Positions 20,027-30,396 of a stretch of DNA of 64,000 nt are shown piece after piece. The stretch is taken from assembly GCA_963817895.1 (NCBI GenBank), contig CAWFQB010000009.1, positions 32,001 through 96,000 on the forward strand. Direction: 5' to 3'. A program made the translations under genes and the position numbers. This stretch comes from an uncultured Chthonomonadaceae bacterium (GTDB lineage: Bacteria; Armatimonadota; Chthonomonadetes; Chthonomonadales; Chthonomonadaceae). Numbering within the stretch: the stretch's first letter is position 1; every line of letters begins with the position of its first letter. Under the pieces are notes generated by a model. The model ran no database searches. It worked only from the letters and a program-made list of their open reading frames with translations, and was not told where the DNA came from.

Positions 20027-22354
20027 ATGACCGATACTCTTTTGACCCCGCCCGAAACAGGACTTGTGGAACGGGAAGAAAATTCAGGAACAACAGGAAC
20101 GTTTCAAAACGATTCCGCCGCGCCGATTGTGTCCCTGCTGCCAATTGCGGCGGGCAACGGCGACGCGCAGTACGGGCAGGACAGTCAGGGAATCGCCCTG
20201 CGCATTGCCAACATCATCGCGCAGCGCAAGCCGTATCGCGAACGGGTGCAGCGGCTGCAAGTGCAACTTGATATGCTCGATACCGCCCTGCGCAATCTGC
20301 GCGACTGGATTCCCAACCTGCAAAGCGAGGAAGCGTATGCCCGCATTTCCAATTTGCCGTTCGACAGCCTGATTCAGCGCGTCGGCCAGCAAAAAGAGGT
20401 GCTGGAAACCCTTCGCGCCCGCTTTCAGCGCGAAACGCTCAACATCGCCGTTGTCGGAATCGCGCGTATGGGCAAAAGCCGCCTGCTACGCAGTCTGTCG
20501 GGATTGACGCAGGACGTGATTCCCGACCGGGGCGGCGATCCCTGCACGGGCGTTCGCAGCGCGATTTTCGATCAACCCGGCAGTGACACCTACGCCGAGA
20601 TCGAATACCACACGCCCCAATCCCTGCTCGAAATCCTGTGGGCGTACTGGGACAAGATCAAACTGCCCCTTGCCCGCCCGTACAATCTCGACGCCTTTTT
20701 CAGCATCAACCTGCCCGAAGAAGCGCCCCCGTCCGAACATGCGGCGGAGCATCAGGAACTGCTCAACGAACTGCGCAAGTACCAGCGCGTTCGCCCCCTG
20801 ATAAACCATCTGGGAACCACGCAAACCGTTCGCCGCGAAGACATTGCCCGACTGGTCACGCAGCCCGCGAACGAAACCAACGACCCGGAAGCGTACACGT
20901 ATCTGCTCGTGAAAGAAGCGACCATTTACACCCACTTCCCGTATGACAACGTGAGCAAAATCGGCCTGATTGACCTGCCGGGATTGGGCGAAGCCACTTT
21001 GGGCGGGCCGGAGCGCGTCACCAATACCCTGCGCCTGAGCGCGGATGTCGCCCTGTTCGTGCGCCGACCGACCGCTACCGACTTTGCCAACAAAGACGAA
21101 CATTTCAAACTATACGACGCCTGCGCACAGGCGCTCACGCACTACCTGACGCTCGACCGTTGGGCGTTTCTCGTCCTGAACTGCGACCACACGACCGGCC
21201 CGGACGCGCTTGAAAAATGCGAAAGCATTCAGCGCAGCATCAACAAGCCCACGTCGCGCATGAAGTTCTTCGGGCAGGCCATTTGCGATTGTTCCGATCA
21301 GGAGCAGGTGGAAGAGCTGGTACTCAAACCGCTTCTGAACACCATTTCGGAGAAAATCGGCGAACTGGATCGGGACTTTGTCCGCGCCTTTGCCCGCGAC
21401 ATTCGGCAGTTGCAGTTGGATGTTTCCGGCGCGTTACACACCGCCCGCATCGAACTTGGCAGCAGCGACGATCTGGAAGACCAACTGGTTCGCGACAATT
21501 TTGATACGCTGTGGGACAACCTGAAAGCAGGGTTGTACGATCTGGTAACGGAGTTGGAAATCGCCAGCGATGAGCCGGACGCGCAGTTCAGCGAACTTGT
21601 CAACAAAACCATTGCCGAATTTGAGAACGCGCCCAACCTGCCCAAAGTGGAGGATTTAGCGTTTCGGATGCGTGCCGACGGCGGCTATGGCGGGCCGTAT
21701 GATGAGTACCGGCATACCGTTCGCGCCGCGCTATCCCAGCGCCTGCGCAAACTCGACAGCGGCCTGATAAACTCCCTCGACGATGTAAAAAAGCGGGTTG
21801 CGGAAGTGTTTTTGGATGAGGGCGGATTGGGGCGCATGACGGGAAGCGAGGCCACGCTAACCCGCCTTATTGAAGCCATTCCGCCCGAACATCACCGCCT
21901 GCGCGTGGAATTTGAGGAGTTGCAGGAGTTTGAAATGTCCGCCCGGGGCATGTTGGGCTACATGCTGCGCACCAAACTGAACAAGCTGGAACCCCTGCGC
22001 ACCGGGATGCCCAAACCGGAAGAGCAGGACGCCACGCGCATGGCCGCCGACCTGAAAAAACTCGTAGACGAAACCATTCAGAGCATCAAGGACGCGCTGG
22101 AAGACGAGGAGTTCCGCAAGCCGAGCCAGTGCGCGTATGCCATCGTCGCCGACTTCCGCGATGCCGTGATTTTTGGCGACCGGATGAAGGGTGAGTGGTT
22201 CAGCTTCTACAAGCGCGAAGACATCCGCCTGCAAGTGTGGCCCGACGTATTCAGCAATCTGGTAGACGTGCGCCAGCGCCGCGAAGAGTGGCTGGAGCGC
22301 GTCCTCGCCGCCGAACGCGCCAATGTGTCGGAACTGATGACGTTCGCGGTATAG
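20027..22354 (+). CDS. Dynamin-like / TRAFAC GTPase with coiled-coil N-terminus and helical C-terminus
   Basis: G1 VVGIARMGKS, PCTG, G3 LIDLPG, G4-like LVLNCD; SD aggagg. Confidence 0.78.
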   Translation: MTDTLLTPPETGLVEREENSGTTGTFQNDSAAPIVSLLPIAAGNGDAQYGQDSQGIALRIANIIAQRKPYRERVQRLQVQLDMLDTALRNLRDWIPNLQSEEAYARISNLPFDSLIQRVGQQKEVLETLRARFQRETLNIAVVGIARMGKSRLLRSLSGLTQDVIPDRGGDPCTGVRSAIFDQPGSDTYAEIEYHTPQSLLEILWAYWDKIKLPLARPYNLDAFFSINLPEEAPPSEHAAEHQELLNELRKYQRVRPLINHLGTTQTVRREDIARLVTQPANETNDPEAYTYLLVKEATIYTHFPYDNVSKIGLIDLPGLGEATLGGPERVTNTLRLSADVALFVRRPTATDFANKDEHFKLYDACAQALTHYLTLDRWAFLVLNCDHTTGPDALEKCESIQRSINKPTSRMKFFGQAICDCSDQEQVEELVLKPLLNTISEKIGELDRDFVRAFARDIRQLQLDVSGALHTARIELGSSDDLEDQLVRDNFDTLWDNLKAGLYDLVTELEIASDEPDAQFSELVNKTIAEFENAPNLPKVEDLAFRMRADGGYGGPYDEYRHTVRAALSQRLRKLDSGLINSLDDVKKRVAEVFLDEGGLGRMTGSEATLTRLIEAIPPEHHRLRVEFEELQEFEMSARGMLGYMLRTKLNKLEPLRTGMPKPEEQDATRMAADLKKLVDETIQSIKDALEDEEFRKPSQCAYAIVADFRDAVIFGDRMKGEWFSFYKREDIRLQVWPDVFSNLVDVRQRREEWLERVLAAERANVSELMTFAV

Positions 22355-22458
22355 GTGTTGGGTGTCAGGTATCTGGTATTGGGAAAGCGCCTGCCGCATA
22401 CTTTGCAGGCGCGTCCGGGAACGACTGCTGAAGCAATTCGCAGGAAGACTGACATGTA

Positions 22459-22989
22459 ATGGAAGTGAGGCTACAGACAACTCTCCCGGCTCCCTGGCTG
22501 ACGCTGCCACCCATGCGTATCGGGCAGATACCCACAGGTTTGGGAACGCCCGATGTATATGCGCTGGTTCAGGAGGAAGACGAACTCTGCCTGCGTATTG
22601 ATCTCTACGCCTCCTCGTCCGAATGTTTCGCTTTTGAGGAGGCGATTGTCTGGCGGAACTTCATTGTGATTGGCTATGGGAGCCACGTTTACCTGGTTGA
22701 AACGGTCAGTCGTCAAGTATTTACGTATCCCTTGCAGGACTATTTCGGGCATCTCTATCCTGCCGAACAGTTTTTGCTGGTGGCTTCCAGTTCTCATCTG
22801 CTCTGCCTGAATAAAGAGGGCCATCTGCAATGGACCTCCGCGCAAGTCGGAATAGATGGCGTTCTTGTGTCAGACATCGAAGGTGACTCTATTTGGGGCC
22901 GGGGAGAGTGGGACCCGCCGGGAGGGTGGGAACCCTTTCAGGTAAATGTTCACACAGGAAAACAACACGCCGAACCGGAACCACTCTAA
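22459..22989 (+). CDS. Hypothetical beta-rich protein
   Basis: 176-aa ORF with VGIDGV and GEWDPPGGW. Confidence 0.7.
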   Translation: MEVRLQTTLPAPWLTLPPMRIGQIPTGLGTPDVYALVQEEDELCLRIDLYASSSECFAFEEAIVWRNFIVIGYGSHVYLVETVSRQVFTYPLQDYFGHLYPAEQFLLVASSSHLLCLNKEGHLQWTSAQVGIDGVLVSDIEGDSIWGRGEWDPPGGWEPFQVNVHTGKQHAEPEPL

Positions 22990-23056
22990 TATCCTATTTC
23001 CTTTTCAGGGTTTCAGGGTTTGATTTCGCTATCCAACTCAAAACCCGGAGCGCTTT

Positions 23057-24166
23057 ATGTCCAATGAAGAACTTAATTCCGCCAGCGCGCAAACGGAAAT
23101 CCTTCCGGCTTCCACGCCTGAATACGCGCCGGTTGTCCAGATGGTTGTAGAGAATGTGCCGGAGGGAGCAACGCATACGGCGGCAGTGAAAACACAGCCT
23201 GCCGCGCCCCTGCCCGACAGTTCTCCCTATCTTGCGCCCCGCGAACCGGAGCCGCAGGAAACGCCCGAAAATCCGAACATGCCAATTAACCCGAATGTGC
23301 CTGCGTCACCGCCCGACGCGCCGCTTTTCACGCCGCCCGCGCCCATTCCGCCCGCGCCGCCCGCGCATCCGCCAACAAACGCGCCGGAACACGCGATGAA
23401 CGCTTCTGTTCCGCTCGTCGATTACGCGGGTTCGGCCATGCCCTCAACCGCTTCTAATAATGCGCCTGCCGTTTCGCCCGAAAAGCGCGTGTACGACCTG
23501 CTCTTAGAAGAATTCAGCCGCGACCCGCGCTTTGAACTGCACACGAATGTACGCGCCCTGCTTGAAGAAGTGCAGGCCATGAAAGCCATGCCACAAACCG
23601 CGAACGCTTCTACAGCTGTCAATAACGATATTGCCGTTATTCGTGAAACCGTCGCAAAAATATGGACACATCTTGAAGAGAAGAGCGTAGGGGCACAATC
23701 TATTGCGCCCTCTGGCGTAGATACGCCCAACCCTCAACCCTCAACCGAATTGATTGCCGAAACCCGCGCCCTTGTCCGCTCGGTCAACGAGGAAGTAAAC
23801 GCTACGCGCAACAGCGTCATCCAATTGACCAATCAGGGGCGCATGATGCTGGATGTGGCGACCCGCTGCCTGCGCGAAATGGACAAAACCGCGCAGAAGT
23901 ACGAGCCGCAGGAACAATCGGGCGCAACAAACCCACTGCTGGACGAGCTGCGTTCCCTGCGCGACATGCTGGCGGACGGCTTCGAGAACGCGCGGCTGGA
24001 ACCCATTGCGCCCGAACCCGGCGAAACCTTCCGCTACAGCGACCACCGCGCCGACAACGGTTCCGCGTCTTCGGGTAAAATCAAGCGTACCGTCTTTCCC
24101 GGCTTCCGCTGGACGCAACCCAACCCACCCGTCGTCCTAATGCCCGCCATTGTAGAAACAGAATAA
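23057..24166 (+). CDS. Pro-rich protein with coiled coil and C-terminal GrpE-like beta domain
   Basis: LEPIAPEPGETFRYSDHRA...KIKRTVFPGFRW...VLMPAIV resembles the GrpE head; directly upstream of an Hsp70 gene. Confidence 0.62.
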   Translation: MSNEELNSASAQTEILPASTPEYAPVVQMVVENVPEGATHTAAVKTQPAAPLPDSSPYLAPREPEPQETPENPNMPINPNVPASPPDAPLFTPPAPIPPAPPAHPPTNAPEHAMNASVPLVDYAGSAMPSTASNNAPAVSPEKRVYDLLLEEFSRDPRFELHTNVRALLEEVQAMKAMPQTANASTAVNNDIAVIRETVAKIWTHLEEKSVGAQSIAPSGVDTPNPQPSTELIAETRALVRSVNEEVNATRNSVIQLTNQGRMMLDVATRCLREMDKTAQKYEPQEQSGATNPLLDELRSLRDMLADGFENARLEPIAPEPGETFRYSDHRADNGSASSGKIKRTVFPGFRWTQPNPPVVLMPAIVETE

Positions 24167-24167
24167 G

Positions 24168-24250
24168 AGGAATATGGGAATACAGGAAGATGGAATGTAG
24201 GAATTGTCCTATTCCTACATTCCCCTATTCCGTATTCCCATATTCCATAT
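24168..24250. repeat. Inverted arrays of ~8-mer repeats (ggaatatg / catattcc) forming a long hairpin
   Basis: ggaatatgggaatacaggaagatggaatgtaggaat ... attcctacattcccctattccgtattcccatattcc. Confidence 0.7.
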
Positions 24251-24261
24251 AAGGATTTTCC

Positions 24262-26166
24262 ATGTCCCAACAGACATTTGCTATAGGAATTGATTTTGGA
24301 ACCAGCACATCACTCGTAGCGCGGTATCAGTACGGCATGGCGAGTGTGTTATCCGACCCGAACACGCGCGATCAGTATCAGGCTCCGTGGACGCCATCCG
24401 TCGTGGCCGCGTGGAGGGACGACGCGCCGGGCAGCACGCCGGAAATTATGATCGGCTGGCGGGCGTGGGATTTGCTGGAGTCGCCGGATACGGTGCGCGA
24501 AGTAAAGCGGTCATTGGGCGATCCGAACAAGACGTTTACCATTTTCGGGCAGGCGTACAAGCCGGAAGAAGTAGCCGCGCTGATTCTGAAGCAGGTTGTC
24601 GCCAACGCGCAGGCGAAGATCGGTGAGCCGATTACGGATGTTGTCCTGTCCATTCCCGCCAATTTCGGGGGCGCGGCGCGGGAAGCGCTGCTGGCGGCGG
24701 CGAAAATCGTCGGCCTGAACCCGCTGCGCCTGATTAACGAACCCACCGCCGCCGCGCTCTCCTACACCATCGAGCGACCGGAAACCGAGGAGAACCTGCT
24801 CGTGTTCGACTTCGGCGGCGGCACACTGGACATTACCATACTCGCTAAATCAAAAACCGCGTTGCGCGTCCATTCCACGCACGGCAACCCTAAACTGGGC
24901 GGTATAGATTTCGATTACGGCGTCCGTGAGTGGCTGCGACAGCAGATCGAACCCGGCGTTGTTCCCGCGCCCGATCTGGACGGCATTTTGCGCAACGAGG
25001 CAGAACAGATCAAGTGGCGCTTGTCTACTGACCCGACAACCCGCGTGTTTCTGCGCAACGCAGGCAAAAAAGATGGACGCGACTACTCTCTCCGCGCCAC
25101 GATAACTCGGGAAATTTTCGAGCAGATTTCCAAACCCCTGCTGGACGCCACCCATGCCTGCCTGAGTGAAGCCGTCGCCAAAAGCAATCTGCCGCCCGAA
25201 AGTATCGGGCATGTGCTGCTCGTGGGCGGAACCTGCAAAATCCCCGCTGTGCGCGAGATGATGGAAGCGGGTTTCGGGCCGCGCTGTTTGTCGTATGACC
25301 CGCTCACCGCTGTTGCCGAGGGCGCGTCCATTCTCGCCGCCGACCAGATGGGGCTGATGAGCGCAGGAGAAAACGGGCGCAAACTGGAACTCAAGGACGT
25401 TGCCAGTCACGGCTTGGGCCTGAGCTACGAGGACCCGCACACGCATCAGGAACGTTACGGCCTGCTCATTCCACCCGGAGCCGAACTGCCGTTCCGCAAA
25501 CTGCGCAGCGACCTGACCCTGAAATCGCCCACGCAGCAGACCTTAACCATTACCTTATATGAGGGCTACGCCACGAGCGACAGCCTGATGACCGAAGCCC
25601 GCGCCACCCGCCTGCGGGAAGAGACCATTCACGACATTCCCGTTTCCACCACCGGGGCAAGGCGTTCGCTTTCGGTCGCCTTCGTCTACGATGAAAACGC
25701 GGTGATGGCGCTGGAAGCCAAAATCGAAGGCACGGACAAAACCCTTCCCCTCCGCTACGACGCCCGCCGCTCCCCCCGCGACATTGACGAATCCGCCCGG
25801 CGCGTCCGCCAGTTATGGAGTTATACGGGACAAGCGGAGGAGGAAGAGGGGGATACAGGGAGAGGGGGAGAAGAGGAGAAGAGGAGAAAAGGAGAAAAGG
25901 ATACACAAGAAAATCAATCACCAACCACCAACCACCAACCACCCACCACCGAACTAGACTCGCGGCTGGAGAGTCTCAGCGCCCGGTTGAAGCAATTGAA
26001 ACTTTCCGATTTGATACGCAGCAATCCGGCGCGGCGCGACATGATCAAGCAGCTGTTGGCATTGGCGGAAACCGCGAAGCATAGCGAGGAAACGAAAGTA
26101 AAAGAGGACGCCATCAAAGAGATCGAAGACCGCAGCCGCCAGTGGGCTGACACCGTTCCCGCATAA
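24262..26166 (+). CDS. Hsp70-family protein, divergent from canonical DnaK
   Basis: GIDFGTS, INEPTAAAL, VFDFGGGTLD, LGGIDFD, LLVGG; divergent substrate-binding region. Confidence 0.92.
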   Translation: MSQQTFAIGIDFGTSTSLVARYQYGMASVLSDPNTRDQYQAPWTPSVVAAWRDDAPGSTPEIMIGWRAWDLLESPDTVREVKRSLGDPNKTFTIFGQAYKPEEVAALILKQVVANAQAKIGEPITDVVLSIPANFGGAAREALLAAAKIVGLNPLRLINEPTAAALSYTIERPETEENLLVFDFGGGTLDITILAKSKTALRVHSTHGNPKLGGIDFDYGVREWLRQQIEPGVVPAPDLDGILRNEAEQIKWRLSTDPTTRVFLRNAGKKDGRDYSLRATITREIFEQISKPLLDATHACLSEAVAKSNLPPESIGHVLLVGGTCKIPAVREMMEAGFGPRCLSYDPLTAVAEGASILAADQMGLMSAGENGRKLELKDVASHGLGLSYEDPHTHQERYGLLIPPGAELPFRKLRSDLTLKSPTQQTLTITLYEGYATSDSLMTEARATRLREETIHDIPVSTTGARRSLSVAFVYDENAVMALEAKIEGTDKTLPLRYDARRSPRDIDESARRVRQLWSYTGQAEEEEGDTGRGGEEEKRRKGEKDTQENQSPTTNHQPPTTELDSRLESLSARLKQLKLSDLIRSNPARRDMIKQLLALAETAKHSEETKVKEDAIKEIEDRSRQWADTVPA

Positions 26167-26181
26167 TAAAGAATAACTCTC

Positions 26182-26817
26182 ATGGGAAGTTTACGCCGCC
26201 GGATTGCAACCTTTCAACCGAAGATCGTATGGTTATGGCCTTTTTATGAGCTGCTTCGTTGCAGTTATCATATACGGGGTGTAAAAAGCATTGGTGGCAT
26301 CAAACTTGTTGAAATGGGCCATAACGATCAAAGTAACGCCGCGTTCCTTCAAGTGACGGCAGATGCCTTGAAACTCATTTAAACATACGATCCACGTCGC
26401 TTCCGCTGTCTACAGCGTGAAGTTACCTTTATTGTCAACGGCGCACTGCTATCGGGTGGCAAATACATGCGCCAGACCCGTTCCTGTGAAATAGACTTTG
26501 ACAAGTATAAAGCCCGACGCGGCATGGAACATTACGACTGGTATCTTGCTTACTACGCTTCAGTTATTGTACATGAAGCCACACATGGCCGTCTAGACGC
26601 GCTCGGTATTCCCTACAACAAGAAAACACGCAGTCGTATCGAGCGGCTATGCCGATGTGAACAGAGGCGTTTCGCGCAACACTTGCCGCCCGTTTACAAC
26701 TATACAACGCTGATTCCAGAGTTCAACGAAGCAGATTGGTATCCTTACTGGAACACAACCTTTCGGCAACGTATGCAGTGGCTTATTAAGCAGGTTCGTG
26801 AAATATTCTCAAAATAA
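26182..26817 (+). pseudogene. Hypothetical HEXXH-motif protein interrupted by an in-frame TAA at 26380-26382
   Basis: ORFs 26182..26382 and 26467..26817 share a frame and the gap between them is open; VIVHEATH motif. Confidence 0.6.
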
Positions 26818-26888
26818 ATAAATCCGATACATCGTCTCGGGTTATAAAATGGCAGCAAAGACACTCCGCCAGTCCATGAAGTTCATTT

Positions 26889-28006
26889 TCAGGATGGTTT
26901 CGGCCTTTTATGTTGTTCGAGGAGTTTGCGGGTGCGTTCCAGTTCTGCGGTGAGGAGTTGTTCGTCGGGGAGGGCGAGGCGGTATTGCGCAGTGAGGACG
27001 GCGTTGTGCAGGCCGTTGAGGGCGTACTGCGCGACGGCGGCATTGGGTTCCGAACAGAGAATGAGGCCGATGGGCGGGTTCTCGTCGGGCAGGGTCATGT
27101 GTTCGGCTGCATAGTTGACGTACAGGTTCATTTGCCCCGCGTCGGCATGATTGAACTTACCGGTTTTCAAATCAATAATGACCAGACAGCGCAAACGCCG
27201 GTGAAATAGCAGCAAATCCATGCGAAACCACGTATCGCCTACTCGCAACGCCTTTTGTCGGGCGACAAACGTGAAATCGTTACCCAATTCCAGCAGAAAC
27301 GCTTCCAGATGTTGTATCAGCGCTGCTTCTAACTCACTTTCGGAATACTCGTCTTTCAGGCCAAGAAATTCCAGAACCAGCGGGTCTTTAATCTCTGCTT
27401 CCGCGCTCATGGCGTCTTCCGGTTTGGCTTCCCCGCCCTTTGTCAGCATGGCGGCTTTGTTGATGGAAAGGGCGGTACGCTCGTAAAACATCGAATTGAT
27501 CTGCCGCTCCAACTGCCGCAAGGACCAGCCGCCGCGCAGGGCTTCCGTCTCGTAAAAGGCGCGGGCATTCGGGTTCTGCACCGACAACAGCCTGACGTAA
27601 TGCGACCACGATAGCGGAAATACTTTCGAGAGAGGTTCAATTTCCAATTGTCCAGACAGTGTCTGGACAATTGCAGATTCTGCCCATGTCAAATAGAATT
27701 GGCGCATCTGCATCAAATTAGACCTGCCGAAACCGCGTCCAAATTTCGCGGTAAGATCAACTGTAAGGCGTTAATGAGTTTCTCGCCGTACCCGGCGCGT
27801 TCTTTGCCGCCCTGCTCGAAGTCTACAATTCGGCGTCCGATGAGCCAGTAGGTTGCCGTCATCAGGGCGTTGACGGAACGGGCGGCCTGACGGCGGGCAG
27901 CGTCGAGCAACTGCGCGATGTCGCTCACAACGCTATCGTATTCCGGCGCAATCATCTCCCCGGCAGGCAACATTGCATTTTCTGAAGGCGTATTCTCGTT
28001 TTCCAT
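26889..28006 (-). CDS. YhcG/DUF1016 PDDEXK nuclease-domain protein, frameshifted near 27720-27760
   Basis: YWLIGRRIV, LSWSHY, IKDPLVLEFL, FLLELG.DFTFVARQ, DLLLFHRRLRCLVIIDLK. Confidence 0.9.
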
Positions 28007-28053
28007 TGCCGTAAATCTCCTTTGCGAGAACGCCGAAGCGTGAATAGGAACGA

Positions 28054-28798
28054 CTACTCTTTATCCGGGTTGGGGATTTGCACGAAGCGGGCGTTGGCGG
28101 CGACGGGGGCGACGGACGGGTCCAGAATGGCGGCGGTGAGCGGGCCGTTAAAAACCGCGCCTGTATCAATGCCGATTTTGTTGGGCTGCACGAGGGGCTT
28201 GCCGGTACGCTGCGGCGTGTGTCCGAAAACCACAATGCGCCCGTCGAAGTCGGCCACGCTGTTCAAAAACTCCTCGCGTATCCACAGGCGCGGGTCAAGT
28301 CCCCAACCGCTCATTTCCCAGTGCGCGTCAGGCGGCAACAGTCCGGCGTGAACAAAATGGTAGCCGGGTATCTGATGCTCGAAGCGCGTCTTTTCCAGAA
28401 ACTCCCAATGTTCGGCGGGAATGCTGTCCACCCACTCGGAATAATCCTCCATGCCGTAGGATTCCAGAGTATCCACGCCGCCGTTTTGCAGCCAGTTCAG
28501 CGTTTTTTCGCCAAACAGAATAAACCCTTCGCGCGGCGCGGGACGGGGCGGATCATCCTTCGCGGGCATCGAGCATCAGCTGCTCGTGGTTGCCGCGTAA
28601 AAAAATGGTGTTGGCGTGTTGTTCGGCCTTGAAGCGCATGATTTCCTCAATCACGCCCCGCGAATCCTCGCCCCGATCCACATAGTCGCCCAGAAAGATC
28701 ACGGTATCCTCTTCCTGAAGCGGCTGCGAGACGATCAGAGCCAGCATCTGCCGCAGCATCGTCACTTTGCCGTGTATGTCACCGATTGCGTAAATCAT
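28054..28798 (-). CDS. PPP-like Ser/Thr phosphatase (metallophosphoesterase), frameshifted near 28560
   Basis: GDIHG, GDYVDRG, RGNHE, FVHAG, FGHTP, IDTGA. Confidence 0.9.
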
Positions 28799-28900
28799 AA
28801 GGGAAATCCAGGTTTCAGGTGTCAGGTTTCAGGTGTCAGGCCAACTCTGCTACGCGCTTATCTTGTGCAGCAAGCATTTCCCTGAAACCTGAAACCTAAT

Positions 28901-29248
28901 CTAAAGGTCGCGCGCATAGTGGTTGTGGTCGTCTACGAGAATCATTTTGGGTGTCAGCGGTTCGTCGGTCAGGCAGAAGGCAGCGATGATGAGTTTATGG
29001 CCGACGCGGACGCGATGGGCGGCGGCTCCGTTGACAATAATTTGCCCCGCGCCGCGCTCTCCTTCCAGCACATACGTTTCAAAGCGTTCGCCGTTGTCAA
29101 TGTCCCAGACGTGTACCAGTTCGTTGAGCATCAGGCCGGTACGCTCTATCAGGTCGAGGTCAATGGTGATGCTGCCGATATAGTTCAGGTCGGCCTCCGT
29201 GACGGTAGCGCGGTGGATTTTACTTTTGAGCAGGTTTAAAAGACGCAT
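28901..29248 (-). CDS. panD: Aspartate 1-decarboxylase
   Basis: KSKIHRATVTEADLNYIGSITID with the G-S cleavage site; NGERFETY; NGAAA. Confidence 0.95.
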   Translation of the reverse strand: MRLLNLLKSKIHRATVTEADLNYIGSITIDLDLIERTGLMLNELVHVWDIDNGERFETYVLEGERGAGQIIVNGAAAHRVRVGHKLIIAAFCLTDEPLTPKMILVDDHNHYARDL

Positions 29249-29308
29249 AATGGTTTATTATACCCCTCCTTCCGTATCATGTTGGCAGCAGATTTCAGAA
29301 GGAGAGGT

Positions 29309-29449
29309 TAGCCGCGAATGAACGCGAATAAACGCGAATGAATAGGATATACCGGGTAACGAGGAGATATTTGTGTCCCTGTGGTCTTGTCCTGTTCATC
29401 CTGTCTATCCTAAATTGCATTCGCGTGTATTCGCGTTCATTCGGGGCTA
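29309..29449. repeat. Inverted repeat built from cgcgaatgaa decamers
   Basis: tagccgcgaatgaacgcgaataaacgcgaatg (29309-29340) versus cattcgcgtgtattcgcgttcattcggggcta (29418-29449). Confidence 0.75.
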
Positions 29450-30280
29450 CTCTTCTATCAGCAGTCGGTGGGTGAGTTTGGCGAGCGCGAGCAGGCCGGG
29501 GTTGTCGGCAGTCCACTGTACGACGGGCAGGTTCTGGCAGAACAGAGCGAGGGCGTAGCGATTGCCGTCCCCGCTTTCCACAAGTCCGACATCGTTGCGA
29601 ACAGCGTCAATCGCGCCGGTCTTGCCCATGTACTTCCAGTCTGCGGGCAGCAGGCGGGGAATGGCGTCGCGGTAGAATTGTCCGGCCAGTATGTTCAGAA
29701 TGTCTTTGTTGGTGGACTCGTCGCCGCTCTCGTTGTCGGCAAGCCGAACCAGCAGTCTCAGCATCTCTTCGGGGGTGGTGACGCCCAACCCGTACTCTTT
29801 GCTGGCTTCGGTATCCGGGGAGTAGGCTTTGCGGAAGCAGGTCGTAATCGGCAGGTTAAACGAGCGCATCCGGGCATTGATAGCGTCCACGCCGACATGT
29901 TCAATGACCATGTTCGTGGCGGTATTATCGGATACGATTGTCATCAAAGCGCAGACATCGCGCAGGGACAATTGCAGCCCCGCCGTCAATTGCGTCAGGA
30001 CGCCCGAACCGTCCACTTTCTCGGCATCGGTCAGGGTGAGAGGTTCCTCCCATGTCAGACTGCCTTCCCGTACACAGTAAGCGACATGCGCCAGAATGGG
30101 CAATTTGATGACGCTGGCGGTTTTGCATTTGTGGCTGCTGTTCCAGACTGCCATGTCGCCGTTTTGCAGGTCCTTGACAGCAAAATGCAGCGTCCCGCCA
30201 CACTCCCGTTCCAGTTCCCGAACAAATACGTCGAGTTCGTCGCCCTGAAAGAAGCGACGGATGGGTGATTGGTTAATCAT
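29447..30280 (-). CDS. Class A beta-lactamase-like serine hydrolase
   Basis: SxxK (ASVIKL), SDN and KTG motifs; no signal peptide. Confidence 0.88.
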   Translation of the reverse strand: MINQSPIRRFFQGDELDVFVRELERECGGTLHFAVKDLQNGDMAVWNSSHKCKTASVIKLPILAHVAYCVREGSLTWEEPLTLTDAEKVDGSGVLTQLTAGLQLSLRDVCALMTIVSDNTATNMVIEHVGVDAINARMRSFNLPITTCFRKAYSPDTEASKEYGLGVTTPEEMLRLLVRLADNESGDESTNKDILNILAGQFYRDAIPRLLPADWKYMGKTGAIDAVRNDVGLVESGDGNRYALALFCQNLPVVQWTADNPGLLALAKLTHRLLIEE

Positions 30281-30396
30281 AATAAGTTTCCGAGAGCAAG
30301 GCACGGGTAGCGGCATCAATGTCAAGCGTTTCGGTGTGTCGAGAAAAGAAGGTTTTCATACAGGTATTTTCCTTTGCGCCTTCATGTTGAAATATC

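Noticed and set aside
24262..26166. Calling this gene dnaK
   Set aside because: The substrate-binding region lacks DnaK signatures and there is no dnaJ or hrcA context.
29447..30280. Antibiotic-resistance beta-lactamase
   Set aside because: It has the fold motifs but no signal peptide, and fits the widespread beta-lactamase-like serine hydrolases. Activity cannot be inferred.
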